A stretch of 43,597 nt of DNA from Bacteroidota bacterium (GTDB taxonomy: Bacteria; Bacteroidota; Bacteroidia; Bacteroidales; VadinHA17). Under the pieces are notes generated by a model. The model was not told where the DNA came from. It searched no databases and saw nothing but the letters and a program-made list of their open reading frames with translations. Positions 9,957 to 18,065 of the stretch are shown here, in pieces; position 1 is the stretch's first letter; the number at the start of each line of letters is the position of its first letter. The stretch is taken from NCBI GenBank assembly GCA_030596025.1, contig JAUVKW010000003.1:1-43597 (forward strand), written 5' to 3'. Position numbers and translations under genes: made by a program.

Positions 9957-11264
9957 ATGAGTCGTACATTTATTATAAAGATATTCTTAGTCCTGCTTTT
10001 TTGTATTAATGGCACACTTTCTGGCCATATCCTTGCACAAATTCCCTATGCTAAATATTTTACCGGGCAGTCCCTCCGTATTGATTATTTGCTTTCCGGA
10101 AATGCCACAGAAACCAAATTGACTTTAGATCAGTATAAGATTGAACCTTTTTGGGGTGGCCCCGAAGAAAACCTTTTGTCTCCCTTTAAATACGGAGAGT
10201 TTAGAATTGAAGTATATGATAAGGAAACAGGAGAGCTGATCTTTAAAAAGGGGTTTAGCACTCTTTTCCAGGAGTGGCAAACCACAGCTGAGGCAAAATT
10301 GATGAGCCGCTCATTTTACCAGGTAAACAGAATCCCTTTTCCAAGAAATACCATTTTGCTTAAGATCTTAAAAAGAGAAACAGATAAGACCTATGTTACT
10401 TTGCTTGAAACCAATCTTGATCCCGGGAACTATTTTATCTTAAATGAAAAGCCCCTTTCTTTTCCTGTTGAAGTGATACGTGAAAATGGAGACCCTTCTC
10501 ATAAAGTTGACCTGGTTTTTTTGCCGGAAGGTTATACAAGCGAAGAAATGCAGGATTTTCGGGATGATGTGGTAAGACTAACTGACAGTTTGTTTTCTTT
10601 TAGTCCTTATAAAGATATGAAATCAAGCTTTAATGTACGTGCTGTAATGGCTCCCTCAGAGGAATCGGGTACAGACAATCCGGGGGAGGGAGTATATAAA
10701 AATACAATAATGAATTTTTCTTATTATACATTTGATCTTGCACGATATCTTACAAGTAAAGATGTACGGTCAATTAGAGATGTTGCCGGAAATGTACCAT
10801 ATGATCATATTGTAGTACTGATAAATGCAGAAAGCTATGGAGGAGGGGGGATTTTTAATCACTATTCAGCCAGTACTTCAGATAATTATCTGTCACCTAT
10901 TGTCATGGTTCATGAGATGGGTCATGGTTTTGCAGGACTGGGAGATGAATATTATACCTCTGATGTTGCTTACGAAGAGTTTTATAAGCTGGATGAGGAG
11001 CCCTGGGAACCCAATTTAACCACCCTGGTGGATTTCTCCTCAAAATGGGAGTCAATGCTTGAGAAAACTACACCGGTTCCAACACCTAATACTTCTGAAT
11101 ATGCTAACACAATTGGGGCGTTTGAGGGGGGAGGATATGTGCCTAAAGGAGTATACCGGCCTTACCCTGATTGTATAATGAAGAGTAATGCCCCTTCAGG
11201 CTTTTGTCCGGTTTGCCAGGAGGCTATTCGGAAGATGATTCTTTATTATTGTGGAGAGGAATAA
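9957..11264 (+). CDS. Secreted M64-family (IgA peptidase-like) metallopeptidase
   Basis: Signal peptide; HEMGHGFAGLGDEY, FEGGGY, CIM, FCPVC. ATG 9957 is preferred over TTG 9918. Confidence 0.9.
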   Translation: MSRTFIIKIFLVLLFCINGTLSGHILAQIPYAKYFTGQSLRIDYLLSGNATETKLTLDQYKIEPFWGGPEENLLSPFKYGEFRIEVYDKETGELIFKKGFSTLFQEWQTTAEAKLMSRSFYQVNRIPFPRNTILLKILKRETDKTYVTLLETNLDPGNYFILNEKPLSFPVEVIRENGDPSHKVDLVFLPEGYTSEEMQDFRDDVVRLTDSLFSFSPYKDMKSSFNVRAVMAPSEESGTDNPGEGVYKNTIMNFSYYTFDLARYLTSKDVRSIRDVAGNVPYDHIVVLINAESYGGGGIFNHYSASTSDNYLSPIVMVHEMGHGFAGLGDEYYTSDVAYEEFYKLDEEPWEPNLTTLVDFSSKWESMLEKTTPVPTPNTSEYANTIGAFEGGGYVPKGVYRPYPDCIMKSNAPSGFCPVCQEAIRKMILYYCGEE

Positions 11265-11273
11265 TGAAAAGGA

Positions 11274-11314
11274 AACCTTTCAGGGTCCGACCGCAGGGAG
11301 GTCCTGGAAGTGTT
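11274..11314. repeat. REP-like hairpin related to 12027-12059
   Basis: AACCTTTCAGGGTCC...GGTCCTGGAAGTGTT. Confidence 0.55.
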
Positions 11315-11328
11315 GGTTCTGTAATATT

Positions 11329-11388
11329 TGGAATGATGGAATGATGGAATATTGGAATGAAGAGTTGAAAGCGGTGAAAGCGGTTGAG
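11329..11388. repeat. Short tandem repeats: TGGAAT(GA/AT) x4, then TGAAAGCGG x2
   Basis: Read directly from the sequence. Confidence 0.8.
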
Positions 11389-11521
11389 ATCAATATTCAA
11401 TATTTTTGTCAAAAAGGACCGATGTTTTCATTCCAAATTCATGCTAATGCCCTAAAGAGCCCGTCTAATAAGGGATAGGCATTGGATGGCATTAATATAC
11501 CTTTAAAAAGATCGTTCATTA

Positions 11522-11558
11522 AAAATCATAACCCGGGTCCTGCCCAGGCTATGATTTT
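11522..11558. terminator. Hairpin between convergent genes
   Basis: AAAATCATAACCCGGG...CCCAGGCTATGATTTT. Confidence 0.5.
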
Positions 11559-11576
11559 CTTAATTCAATAAATGTA

Positions 11577-11915
11577 TTATTCCCCTTTTTTCAGTTTCCG
11601 GGCCAGGAAAAAGTAAAGTACCAGGCCTGCTCCTGCAAATACAAAAATCATGGAGGGATATGCAACTCCTTCCATAATAACTGTTGTTGCAACTAAAATT
11701 GCAGCAACCAGTACTCCCAGTCCTGCACCAATAAGAAACATACCCGCTGACAGTGCAAAATTACCCCAATAGATCTTCTTCCCGGTATTGAACATAGATG
11801 CATCTGCACCCTTATCAATCAAGGCAATTCTTTCTTTGTGCCTTGTTGAGAAATACATATAAAGGATTCCGAAAAGTGTACCGAAAATAACGAGTACTAT
11901 AAAAAAATCTTCCAT
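11577..11915 (-). CDS. Small membrane protein (DUF6249-like), divergent from the ECF sigma factor
   Basis: Three TM segments; TRHKERIALIDKG motif. Confidence 0.75.
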   Translation of the reverse strand: MEDFFIVLVIFGTLFGILYMYFSTRHKERIALIDKGADASMFNTGKKIYWGNFALSAGMFLIGAGLGVLVAAILVATTVIMEGVAYPSMIFVFAGAGLVLYFFLARKLKKGE

Positions 11916-11974
11916 AATTAAAGTTTTAAATTAAACATATTTCTAATTGAATATTATTGTTTGTTTGCCTTTTT

Positions 11975-12000
11975 GACGCAAGTTTTGTGAAACGGTTACA
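11975..12000 (-). promoter_or_regulatory. ECF-type promoter for the DUF6249-like gene
   Basis: Minus strand TGTAACC-N15-CGTC, the same motif and spacing as 12110-12135. Confidence 0.75.
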
Positions 12001-12026
12001 AGTTCTTAAAACCAGGTGTAAGAAAA

Positions 12027-12059
12027 GACCTGTCAGGGTCCAAGGGTCCTGACAGAGTC
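12027..12059. repeat. REP-like hairpin between the divergent promoters
   Basis: GACCTGTCAGGGTCC-AA-GGGTCCTGACAGAGTC. Confidence 0.6.
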
Positions 12060-12109
12060 GTCACAAATGAGAACATATATTGTACATATTTAGTAAATTG
12101 CTGAAGATT

Positions 12110-12135
12110 TGTAACCAAATTTATTGACTTGCGTC
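12110..12135 (+). promoter_or_regulatory. ECF-type autoregulatory promoter
   Basis: TGTAACC-N15-CGTC ending 9 nt before ATG 12145. Confidence 0.75.
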
Positions 12136-12144
12136 TTAAGGGTG

Positions 12145-12711
12145 ATGAGCAGGGAAGATGATAATTATTATATTGAAGAAGTGCTTTCCGGACAAACTCA
12201 GGCCTATGCTGAATTGGTGGACCGCCACAAGGATATGGTATATACTATAGCCATTGGATTAATGCAAATAAGGGAAGAAGCTGAAGAAGTTTCACAGGAT
12301 GCATTTCTAAAGGCTTATCAGGCCTTAAATAAATTCAAAAAACAGGCAAAGTTTTCAACCTGGTTATATAGGATAGTCTATAATGAGTGCATATCCAGAT
12401 TAAGGAAGAGGAAGCTTAATAATATTTCTTTGGATGAAAATAAAATAAATATTTCTGACAGCTTAATTATTGATGAAAACAGTGCTAATGAAGAAAAAAA
12501 GTACAGGATGCTTCAGGAGGCACTCATGGATCTGCCGAAAGAAGATAAAACGATAATCTTACTGTACTATTTTGAAAGTCTTAGCATTGAAGAAATATCT
12601 GTAATCACTGCCCTAAGCAAGTCCAATATAAAAATACGTTTGTTTAGAATAAGAAATAGAATACACGAAAAATTGAGCAAAAGATTTAATGTGGCTTTGA
12701 TAGGAACCTAA
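12145..12711 (+). CDS. ECF RNA polymerase sigma-70 factor
   Basis: EAEEVSQDAFLKAY, FSTWLYRI and a region 4 HTH. The start is moved to ATG 12145 because TTG 12124 lies inside the promoter. Confidence 0.92.
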   Translation: MSREDDNYYIEEVLSGQTQAYAELVDRHKDMVYTIAIGLMQIREEAEEVSQDAFLKAYQALNKFKKQAKFSTWLYRIVYNECISRLRKRKLNNISLDENKINISDSLIIDENSANEEKKYRMLQEALMDLPKEDKTIILLYYFESLSIEEISVITALSKSNIKIRLFRIRNRIHEKLSKRFNVALIGT

Positions 12712-12723
12712 TTTTATTATACG

Positions 12724-13143
12724 ATGGTCGATAAAACTACACAGCAGGATGAACAGATTCGGGAAGCTTTTTCCGATATTGGTAAAATGACTCCAAAAGA
12801 AGATTTTACCATGAATGTGATGAGTAAAATTGAGAAGGAATTAATTCCTGTGCATATTCAGTATACTCCAATCTTCAGTAAAAGTGGCTGGGCATTTATT
12901 GCAGTTCTTGTTTTAGGCTTATCCCTTTCTATATTTTATTTGTCACCGGAAAGTAGCGGTTTTTTCCCCAGTTTATCTTTCCAGATAGATTTGAGTTCAT
13001 TCAGTAGTATTATTAACATGCTCTTTACTCAAATTGCAGAATTCTTATTCTCTTCAGAAATAGTGTTATCCCTTATTGCAATGGCAGGACTTGGCCTTAT
13101 CAATTTTGTAATATTCCAAAGGATAAACCCGATGAAAGCATAA
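12724..13143 (+). CDS. Putative membrane anti-sigma factor
   Basis: Directly follows the ECF gene; P..DFTMNVMSKI N-terminus and two TM segments. Confidence 0.6.
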   Translation: MVDKTTQQDEQIREAFSDIGKMTPKEDFTMNVMSKIEKELIPVHIQYTPIFSKSGWAFIAVLVLGLSLSIFYLSPESSGFFPSLSFQIDLSSFSSIINMLFTQIAEFLFSSEIVLSLIAMAGLGLINFVIFQRINPMKA

Positions 13144-13162
13144 TAGCAGTATTTTTTTTGGG

Positions 13163-13822
13163 CTATTCAATAAGTCCCATCATGGCTTTCACAACATTTT
13201 GGGCCCCTTCTCCAATTTCCACAATATTTGCATCAAGCATATAACAGGGAGTAGTAACCAGATTGTGTTTTAAATCTATGGTAATTTCTCCATGGTTGGT
13301 GATCTGGTGGCGGGCTCCCATAGATTCTATAGCATCGGCAGTGCTTTTATCCTGGCCTATGGTCAAATCAACTTCACCAAGTACTTTTGCCAGAATAACC
13401 GGGGCTATACACAAAGCTCCTATGGTCTTTTTTGCCTTTACCATAGCCTCAATGGCTTTCTTAACATCTTCATTTACCTTGCAATCAGCACCGTCGAAAG
13501 CAAAGCTTGATAGATTTTTTGCAGCTCCAAATCCTCCGGGGAAGAGGAGGGCATCAAACTCAGAGGCATCAAATTCATGAAGTGCTCTGATTTTACCCCT
13601 GGCAATTCTTGCCGATTCTACCAGAACATTTCTGCTTTCATTCATTTCTTCACCGGTGATGTGGTTAATGACATGATGTTGAGGGATATCAGGAGCAAAA
13701 ATTTCATATGCCCCACCATTTTTTACAATAGCATACAGACTGAGGGTGGCTTCATGAATTTCAGCACCATCAAAAACTCCGTTTCCTGAGAGGATAACAG
13801 CAAATTTCTTAATTCTTCCCAT
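13163..13822 (-). CDS. elbB: ElbB glyoxalase (DJ-1/PfpI, ES1 family)
   Basis: DGAEIHEA, RNVLVESARIARG, PGGFGAAKNL, CIAP, VTTPCYM. Confidence 0.93.
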   Translation of the reverse strand: MGRIKKFAVILSGNGVFDGAEIHEATLSLYAIVKNGGAYEIFAPDIPQHHVINHITGEEMNESRNVLVESARIARGKIRALHEFDASEFDALLFPGGFGAAKNLSSFAFDGADCKVNEDVKKAIEAMVKAKKTIGALCIAPVILAKVLGEVDLTIGQDKSTADAIESMGARHQITNHGEITIDLKHNLVTTPCYMLDANIVEIGEGAQNVVKAMMGLIE

Positions 13823-13924
13823 GATAGATTATTTGTTTATATTACCTCTCTAAGTTATTTAATTTTCACAAGCTTTCCACATTAGATATGGGAAATTTGA
13901 AACGCACATTCATTGCTATTCCTT

Positions 13925-13955
13925 ACTCAAAACTTAACACTTAAAACTCAACACT
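13925..13955. repeat. Tandem 7-mer ACT(C/T)AA(A/C) x4
   Basis: ACTCAAA ACTTAAC ACTTAAA ACTCAAC ACT. Confidence 0.75.
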
Positions 13956-15399
13956 ATTTCCCCCTGGCTCCAAGTATTGTGAGTATTGTGTAGGTAAGAA
14001 TTTTCAAGTCCGCATATAGGGACATGTCTTCAATATAGATCAAATCATAATTCAATCTTTCAATCATTTGATCTACATTTTCTGCATATCCATATTTTAC
14101 CTGACCCCAGGAAGTAATTCCAGGTTTTATTTTTTGCAGATGGATATAATATGGGGCTTTCTTTAAGATTTGATCAATAAAATATTTTCTTTCAGGCCGT
14201 GGACCTACCAGGGACATATCACCTAAAAGCACATTCACGAAATTTGGTATTTCATCAATTCTAAATTTTCTCATGAATCTTCCTATACTGGTTATTCTGG
14301 GATCGTTACTTGAAGAGAGACTTGGTCCAAATTCTTCAGATTCATGATACATGGTTCTGAATTTATACAGATTAAATGGTCTGCCATATTTCCCAATTCT
14401 TTCCTGGGTATATATAGCAGGACCACGTGAGCCAAATTTTATTGCCAGAGCGAGTAATATGTTAAGAGGAAGTGTGAGGATCAAAGCAAGCAGGGCCACC
14501 ACAAGATCCATGCTTTGTTTTACTGCCTCCTGCCAGGCAGGTATAAGTTCATCAGAAATCTCAATTAAAGGAGTACCATAAACAGAAGACATCTTTACCT
14601 GACCTGATAAAATTTCATAAAGACCAGGGATTATTTTAATGATAATTTTTCTTTCTTTGAGTTTGTTGATAATATCACCCATCAATTTAGAGTCATTAGA
14701 TTCTGTTGCAAGTATTGCTTCCTCAACCTGATTCTGTTCAATTATCAGGGAAACATCTTCCAGGTGGCCCAGCAATGGAATAAAACTTTCCAGCTTTTTT
14801 TCAGGTAAAGGATTTACACAAATAAATCCAAGTATCTTATTTCCCGAAGATTTTTTGCCTGATGTTAGTTTCTGGTAAACTTCGGTTGCTTTTCCATTTC
14901 CCCCTATGATGATTGTATTAAAACCAATTTTTCCGGAAAATATGAGATGATTTGTACGAGAAGTAATGATAAATCTTGGGATGTAAGTAAGAATAAAATG
15001 TAAGCCCAGGAGTATGGAAAAAGAAAGGTAATAACTTTTATAGCTAATAATTGTGTCATCCAGGATCAAAGTGAAAAACAGGATCAGTGTTCCTATCAGA
15101 GAAACCCTAAAGGTCACTCCTAATTCGTGAAGACGGGACTTCCGGTATGGTTGTTTATAATAACCAGATAAGTAATGAAGAATAATCCAGAATACAGAAA
15201 TCCCCAACACACTGACCCAGAATTTAAGATCGAAATTTACCGAAACCTGAAAACCAAATTTTGGAGATTCAATTAATCCTTTTCTGAGTATAAATAAAAG
15301 AAACCAACTGACGGAGGCTGCAAGAAAATCAGAGCTCAGGTATTTTAATCTTTGTACTTTTCTATTCATTCGAAATCCAAGGATTTGGATTTGGTCCAT
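13954..15399 (-). CDS. Polyprenyl-phosphate phosphoglycosyl transferase (WcaJ/WbaP type)
   Basis: N-terminal TMs; KFRTM, DPRIT, IDEIP, GDMSLVGPRPE, KPGITSWGQV. Confidence 0.92.
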   Translation of the reverse strand: MDQIQILGFRMNRKVQRLKYLSSDFLAASVSWFLLFILRKGLIESPKFGFQVSVNFDLKFWVSVLGISVFWIILHYLSGYYKQPYRKSRLHELGVTFRVSLIGTLILFFTLILDDTIISYKSYYLSFSILLGLHFILTYIPRFIITSRTNHLIFSGKIGFNTIIIGGNGKATEVYQKLTSGKKSSGNKILGFICVNPLPEKKLESFIPLLGHLEDVSLIIEQNQVEEAILATESNDSKLMGDIINKLKERKIIIKIIPGLYEILSGQVKMSSVYGTPLIEISDELIPAWQEAVKQSMDLVVALLALILTLPLNILLALAIKFGSRGPAIYTQERIGKYGRPFNLYKFRTMYHESEEFGPSLSSSNDPRITSIGRFMRKFRIDEIPNFVNVLLGDMSLVGPRPERKYFIDQILKKAPYYIHLQKIKPGITSWGQVKYGYAENVDQMIERLNYDLIYIEDMSLYADLKILTYTILTILGARGK

Positions 15400-15490
15400 A
15401 AAAACGACCGGTTTAAGCTAGCGCAATTTAACTAATTACTTAGTCTTTCACACAATTTTCAAAAAATAAATCAAGTTCTAAATCGGAATA

Positions 15491-16453
15491 CTAGAATACA
15501 GGAACCCCTTTGGCTTGTTCTAACTTGAGGTGTATTTCTTTAGCCAGTGAAAAGGCCATGAAAGAATCTTCAAAACTTATGCATTTCCCGGATCGAACAG
15601 TTAGAAGCTCAAGGAAATTGAGGATTGCATCAGGTGAATTTTGTGTAATAACATGTCCCACTGGACTTTTTGAGGATAAATCTCCCACTCCTCCACCAAC
15701 AATTTCTTTAGAAATATTCTGGTCACGAGAAAGAACTCTTGTGTGATTTGATAAAAAGTCGAGAATAATCTGTTTGTCAGCCTGGTAAAGTGTGGCTGTA
15801 TGACTCTTCAAATTATGATTAAGCTTGTAATTTACAGCTGTTGTAGACCCATTATCAAATTCAAGGTGAATATGGAAAAAACTGATATGATTCATAGTAT
15901 TTCTTATACCATTGACATGAGACTTAATAATATTTCCTCCGATTATGGAAGAAATGAACTGAATATCTGAAAATAGCATTCTAAGAGTTTGAGAACTATA
16001 TCTGTCCGTTTCCTGAAATCCCCTTTCAATCTCAATATGCTTTGTTTGGACTGCCTCTTTTGAATTGTACTTTATAAATGGATGGTTAAATAAATCATTC
16101 TTAATACAAACCAGTACGCCAGCTTCATCTGCAAGTTTTACGATATTATTATATTCATGATCAGTGAGTTCGGGTGGATGATCCAGGAAGATATGTCTGG
16201 ATCTTTTCAATGCCTGGGTAGTCTTTTCATGGTCAAGTGAGGTTTCTCCAAGAAAAAGAATGGCATCTGATTTATTCAGTAAGGAATTAAAAGAAAGCCT
16301 TGTTGGTGTGTTGGTTGCTTCCCCGGTTTGAGTATCTATATTTTCCCTCCCAACAAAACATATCCCGGATATTTCGTAAAGATTATTATGGCTGTTATGG
16401 GGAAGATTGTTTTTTGATGGAGCTTCATCAGTTAAAACACCAAATTTTATCAT
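15491..16453 (-). CDS. Divergent Gfo/Idh/MocA-like protein
   Basis: ALKRSRHIFLDHP aligns with the family's ALxxGKHVxxEKP; LEFDNGS. The GxGxxG motif is absent. ATG 16453 is preferred. Confidence 0.5.
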   Translation of the reverse strand: MIKFGVLTDEAPSKNNLPHNSHNNLYEISGICFVGRENIDTQTGEATNTPTRLSFNSLLNKSDAILFLGETSLDHEKTTQALKRSRHIFLDHPPELTDHEYNNIVKLADEAGVLVCIKNDLFNHPFIKYNSKEAVQTKHIEIERGFQETDRYSSQTLRMLFSDIQFISSIIGGNIIKSHVNGIRNTMNHISFFHIHLEFDNGSTTAVNYKLNHNLKSHTATLYQADKQIILDFLSNHTRVLSRDQNISKEIVGGGVGDLSSKSPVGHVITQNSPDAILNFLELLTVRSGKCISFEDSFMAFSLAKEIHLKLEQAKGVPVF

Positions 16454-16561
16454 ACTTTTGCAGTGTTTTAGGCAAAAATAATGCATTTTTAAGGACCAAA
16501 AATCCTTTTTACAATCATTTTATTAACCTTACATTGTTGATAACCTGAGTTTTTTTAAGAA

Positions 16562-17224
16562 ATGAAGTTGGAAGATACATTTAAACACAAGGGCTTAAGG
16601 CAGAAACTGGTTGATGGAATCAGGCAAAAAGGGGTTAGAAATGAGGATGTTCTAAAGGCAATGTTAAAAGTCCCACGGCATTATTTTATGGATTCAGGTT
16701 TTGTGAGTTTTGCCTATAGAGACCAGGCATTTCCAATAGGGGAGGATCAAACCATTTCTCAACCTTACACAGTAGCCTTCCAAACCGAGTTGCTGGATGT
16801 TAAAATGCATGATAAAGTATTGGAAATAGGTACCGGATCGGGTTACCAGGCGGCAGTCCTACTTGAATTGGGCGTTCGGTTATTTACTATAGAAAGGCAG
16901 CGAAAATTGTTTCTGAAAACCCAGACACATTTACCCTTGATTCATTATAAGCCCAGGTTTTTCTATGGGGACGGGTATAAAGGCCTGCCGGCTTTCGCTC
17001 CATTTGACAGAATATTAATTACTGCAGCAGCTCCTGAAATTCCAGGGGAATTACTGCGTCAGCTAAAAATTGGTGGGAAGATGGTAATGCCAAAAGGAGG
17101 GGCCATGAATCAGAATATGTTACTGATTGAAAAAACCGGGGAAGATGAATATAAGGAGAGTAAACATGGCCTTTTTGTTTTTGTTCCAATGCTGAATGGC
17201 ACCAGCAATGGGAAGAACTCCTGA
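16562..17224 (+). CDS. pcm: Protein-L-isoaspartate O-methyltransferase
   Basis: QTISQPYTVA, VLEIGTGSGYQAA, GDGYKG, APFDRI, FVPM. Confidence 0.95.
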   Translation: MKLEDTFKHKGLRQKLVDGIRQKGVRNEDVLKAMLKVPRHYFMDSGFVSFAYRDQAFPIGEDQTISQPYTVAFQTELLDVKMHDKVLEIGTGSGYQAAVLLELGVRLFTIERQRKLFLKTQTHLPLIHYKPRFFYGDGYKGLPAFAPFDRILITAAAPEIPGELLRQLKIGGKMVMPKGGAMNQNMLLIEKTGEDEYKESKHGLFVFVPMLNGTSNGKNS

Positions 17225-17296
17225 ACCTGTTTTGCTTTGATTTGCCTTTGGCTTATTTTTTAATTTTAACCGGATACTGCTGATAAAAATAATATT

Positions 17297-17935
17297 ATGA
17301 TTGAGATCCAGGAGTTTGTTTTTAATCCTTTCCAGGAGAATACATATATTCTGTTTGATGAAACTAAAGAGTGTATAATAATTGATCCCGGATGCTCAAC
17401 AAATCAGGAAGGGGAAACCATTAAATCTTTTCTGAAAGACAGGGAGTTGGATTTAGTTAAGATGGTGTTCACACATGGACATTTAGATCATGTTTGTGGT
17501 GCCGCATTTATTCACGATGAATTTGGCCTTTCCCCCCAGTGCCATTCTTTGGACCAGGATTTACTTGAACAAGTGGTAGCACAGGGAAGGAGTTATGGAT
17601 TCGTACTTCAGGCACCTCCAACTCCCGGGAAGTTTCTTGGTGAGGGAGATTCTATAGGTTTTGGGAACTCATCCCTGAAGGTTCTTCATACACCCGGACA
17701 TTCACGTGGCCACATTGTTCTGCACAATGAAGCTCAGAAATTCTTAATTACAGGAGATGTTCTTTTTCAGGGAAGTATTGGCCGTACCGACCTTCACGGT
17801 GGAGACTATGATACTTTGATCCACAGCATACAAAATCAAATTCTTCCTCTTGCCGATGAAACAAAGGTTTATTCAGGTCATGGCCTCTCTACCACTGTTG
17901 GAATTGAAAAGCTTTCCAATCCATATTTAAGTTGA
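17297..17935 (+). CDS. MBL-fold metallo-hydrolase (glyoxalase II-like)
   Basis: THGHLDH, TPGHS, GDVLF..SIGRTD, GHG. Confidence 0.92.
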   Translation: MIEIQEFVFNPFQENTYILFDETKECIIIDPGCSTNQEGETIKSFLKDRELDLVKMVFTHGHLDHVCGAAFIHDEFGLSPQCHSLDQDLLEQVVAQGRSYGFVLQAPPTPGKFLGEGDSIGFGNSSLKVLHTPGHSRGHIVLHNEAQKFLITGDVLFQGSIGRTDLHGGDYDTLIHSIQNQILPLADETKVYSGHGLSTTVGIEKLSNPYLS

Positions 17936-18065
17936 TAAGGCTGGTTTCTAATTCTTGTTTACAATCATTTTTAGTATGTGAAAAATCATATTTATACAAG
18001 TTTTGCTTTCTTAATTTTGAGCAATTAGGTGATTTATCCGATAATTAAAAATAAAGAATTATACT

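Noticed and set aside
11224-11478. ORFs 11224-11412 and 11251-11478
   Set aside because: They are open only because they cross tandem repeats and a hairpin; no protein features.
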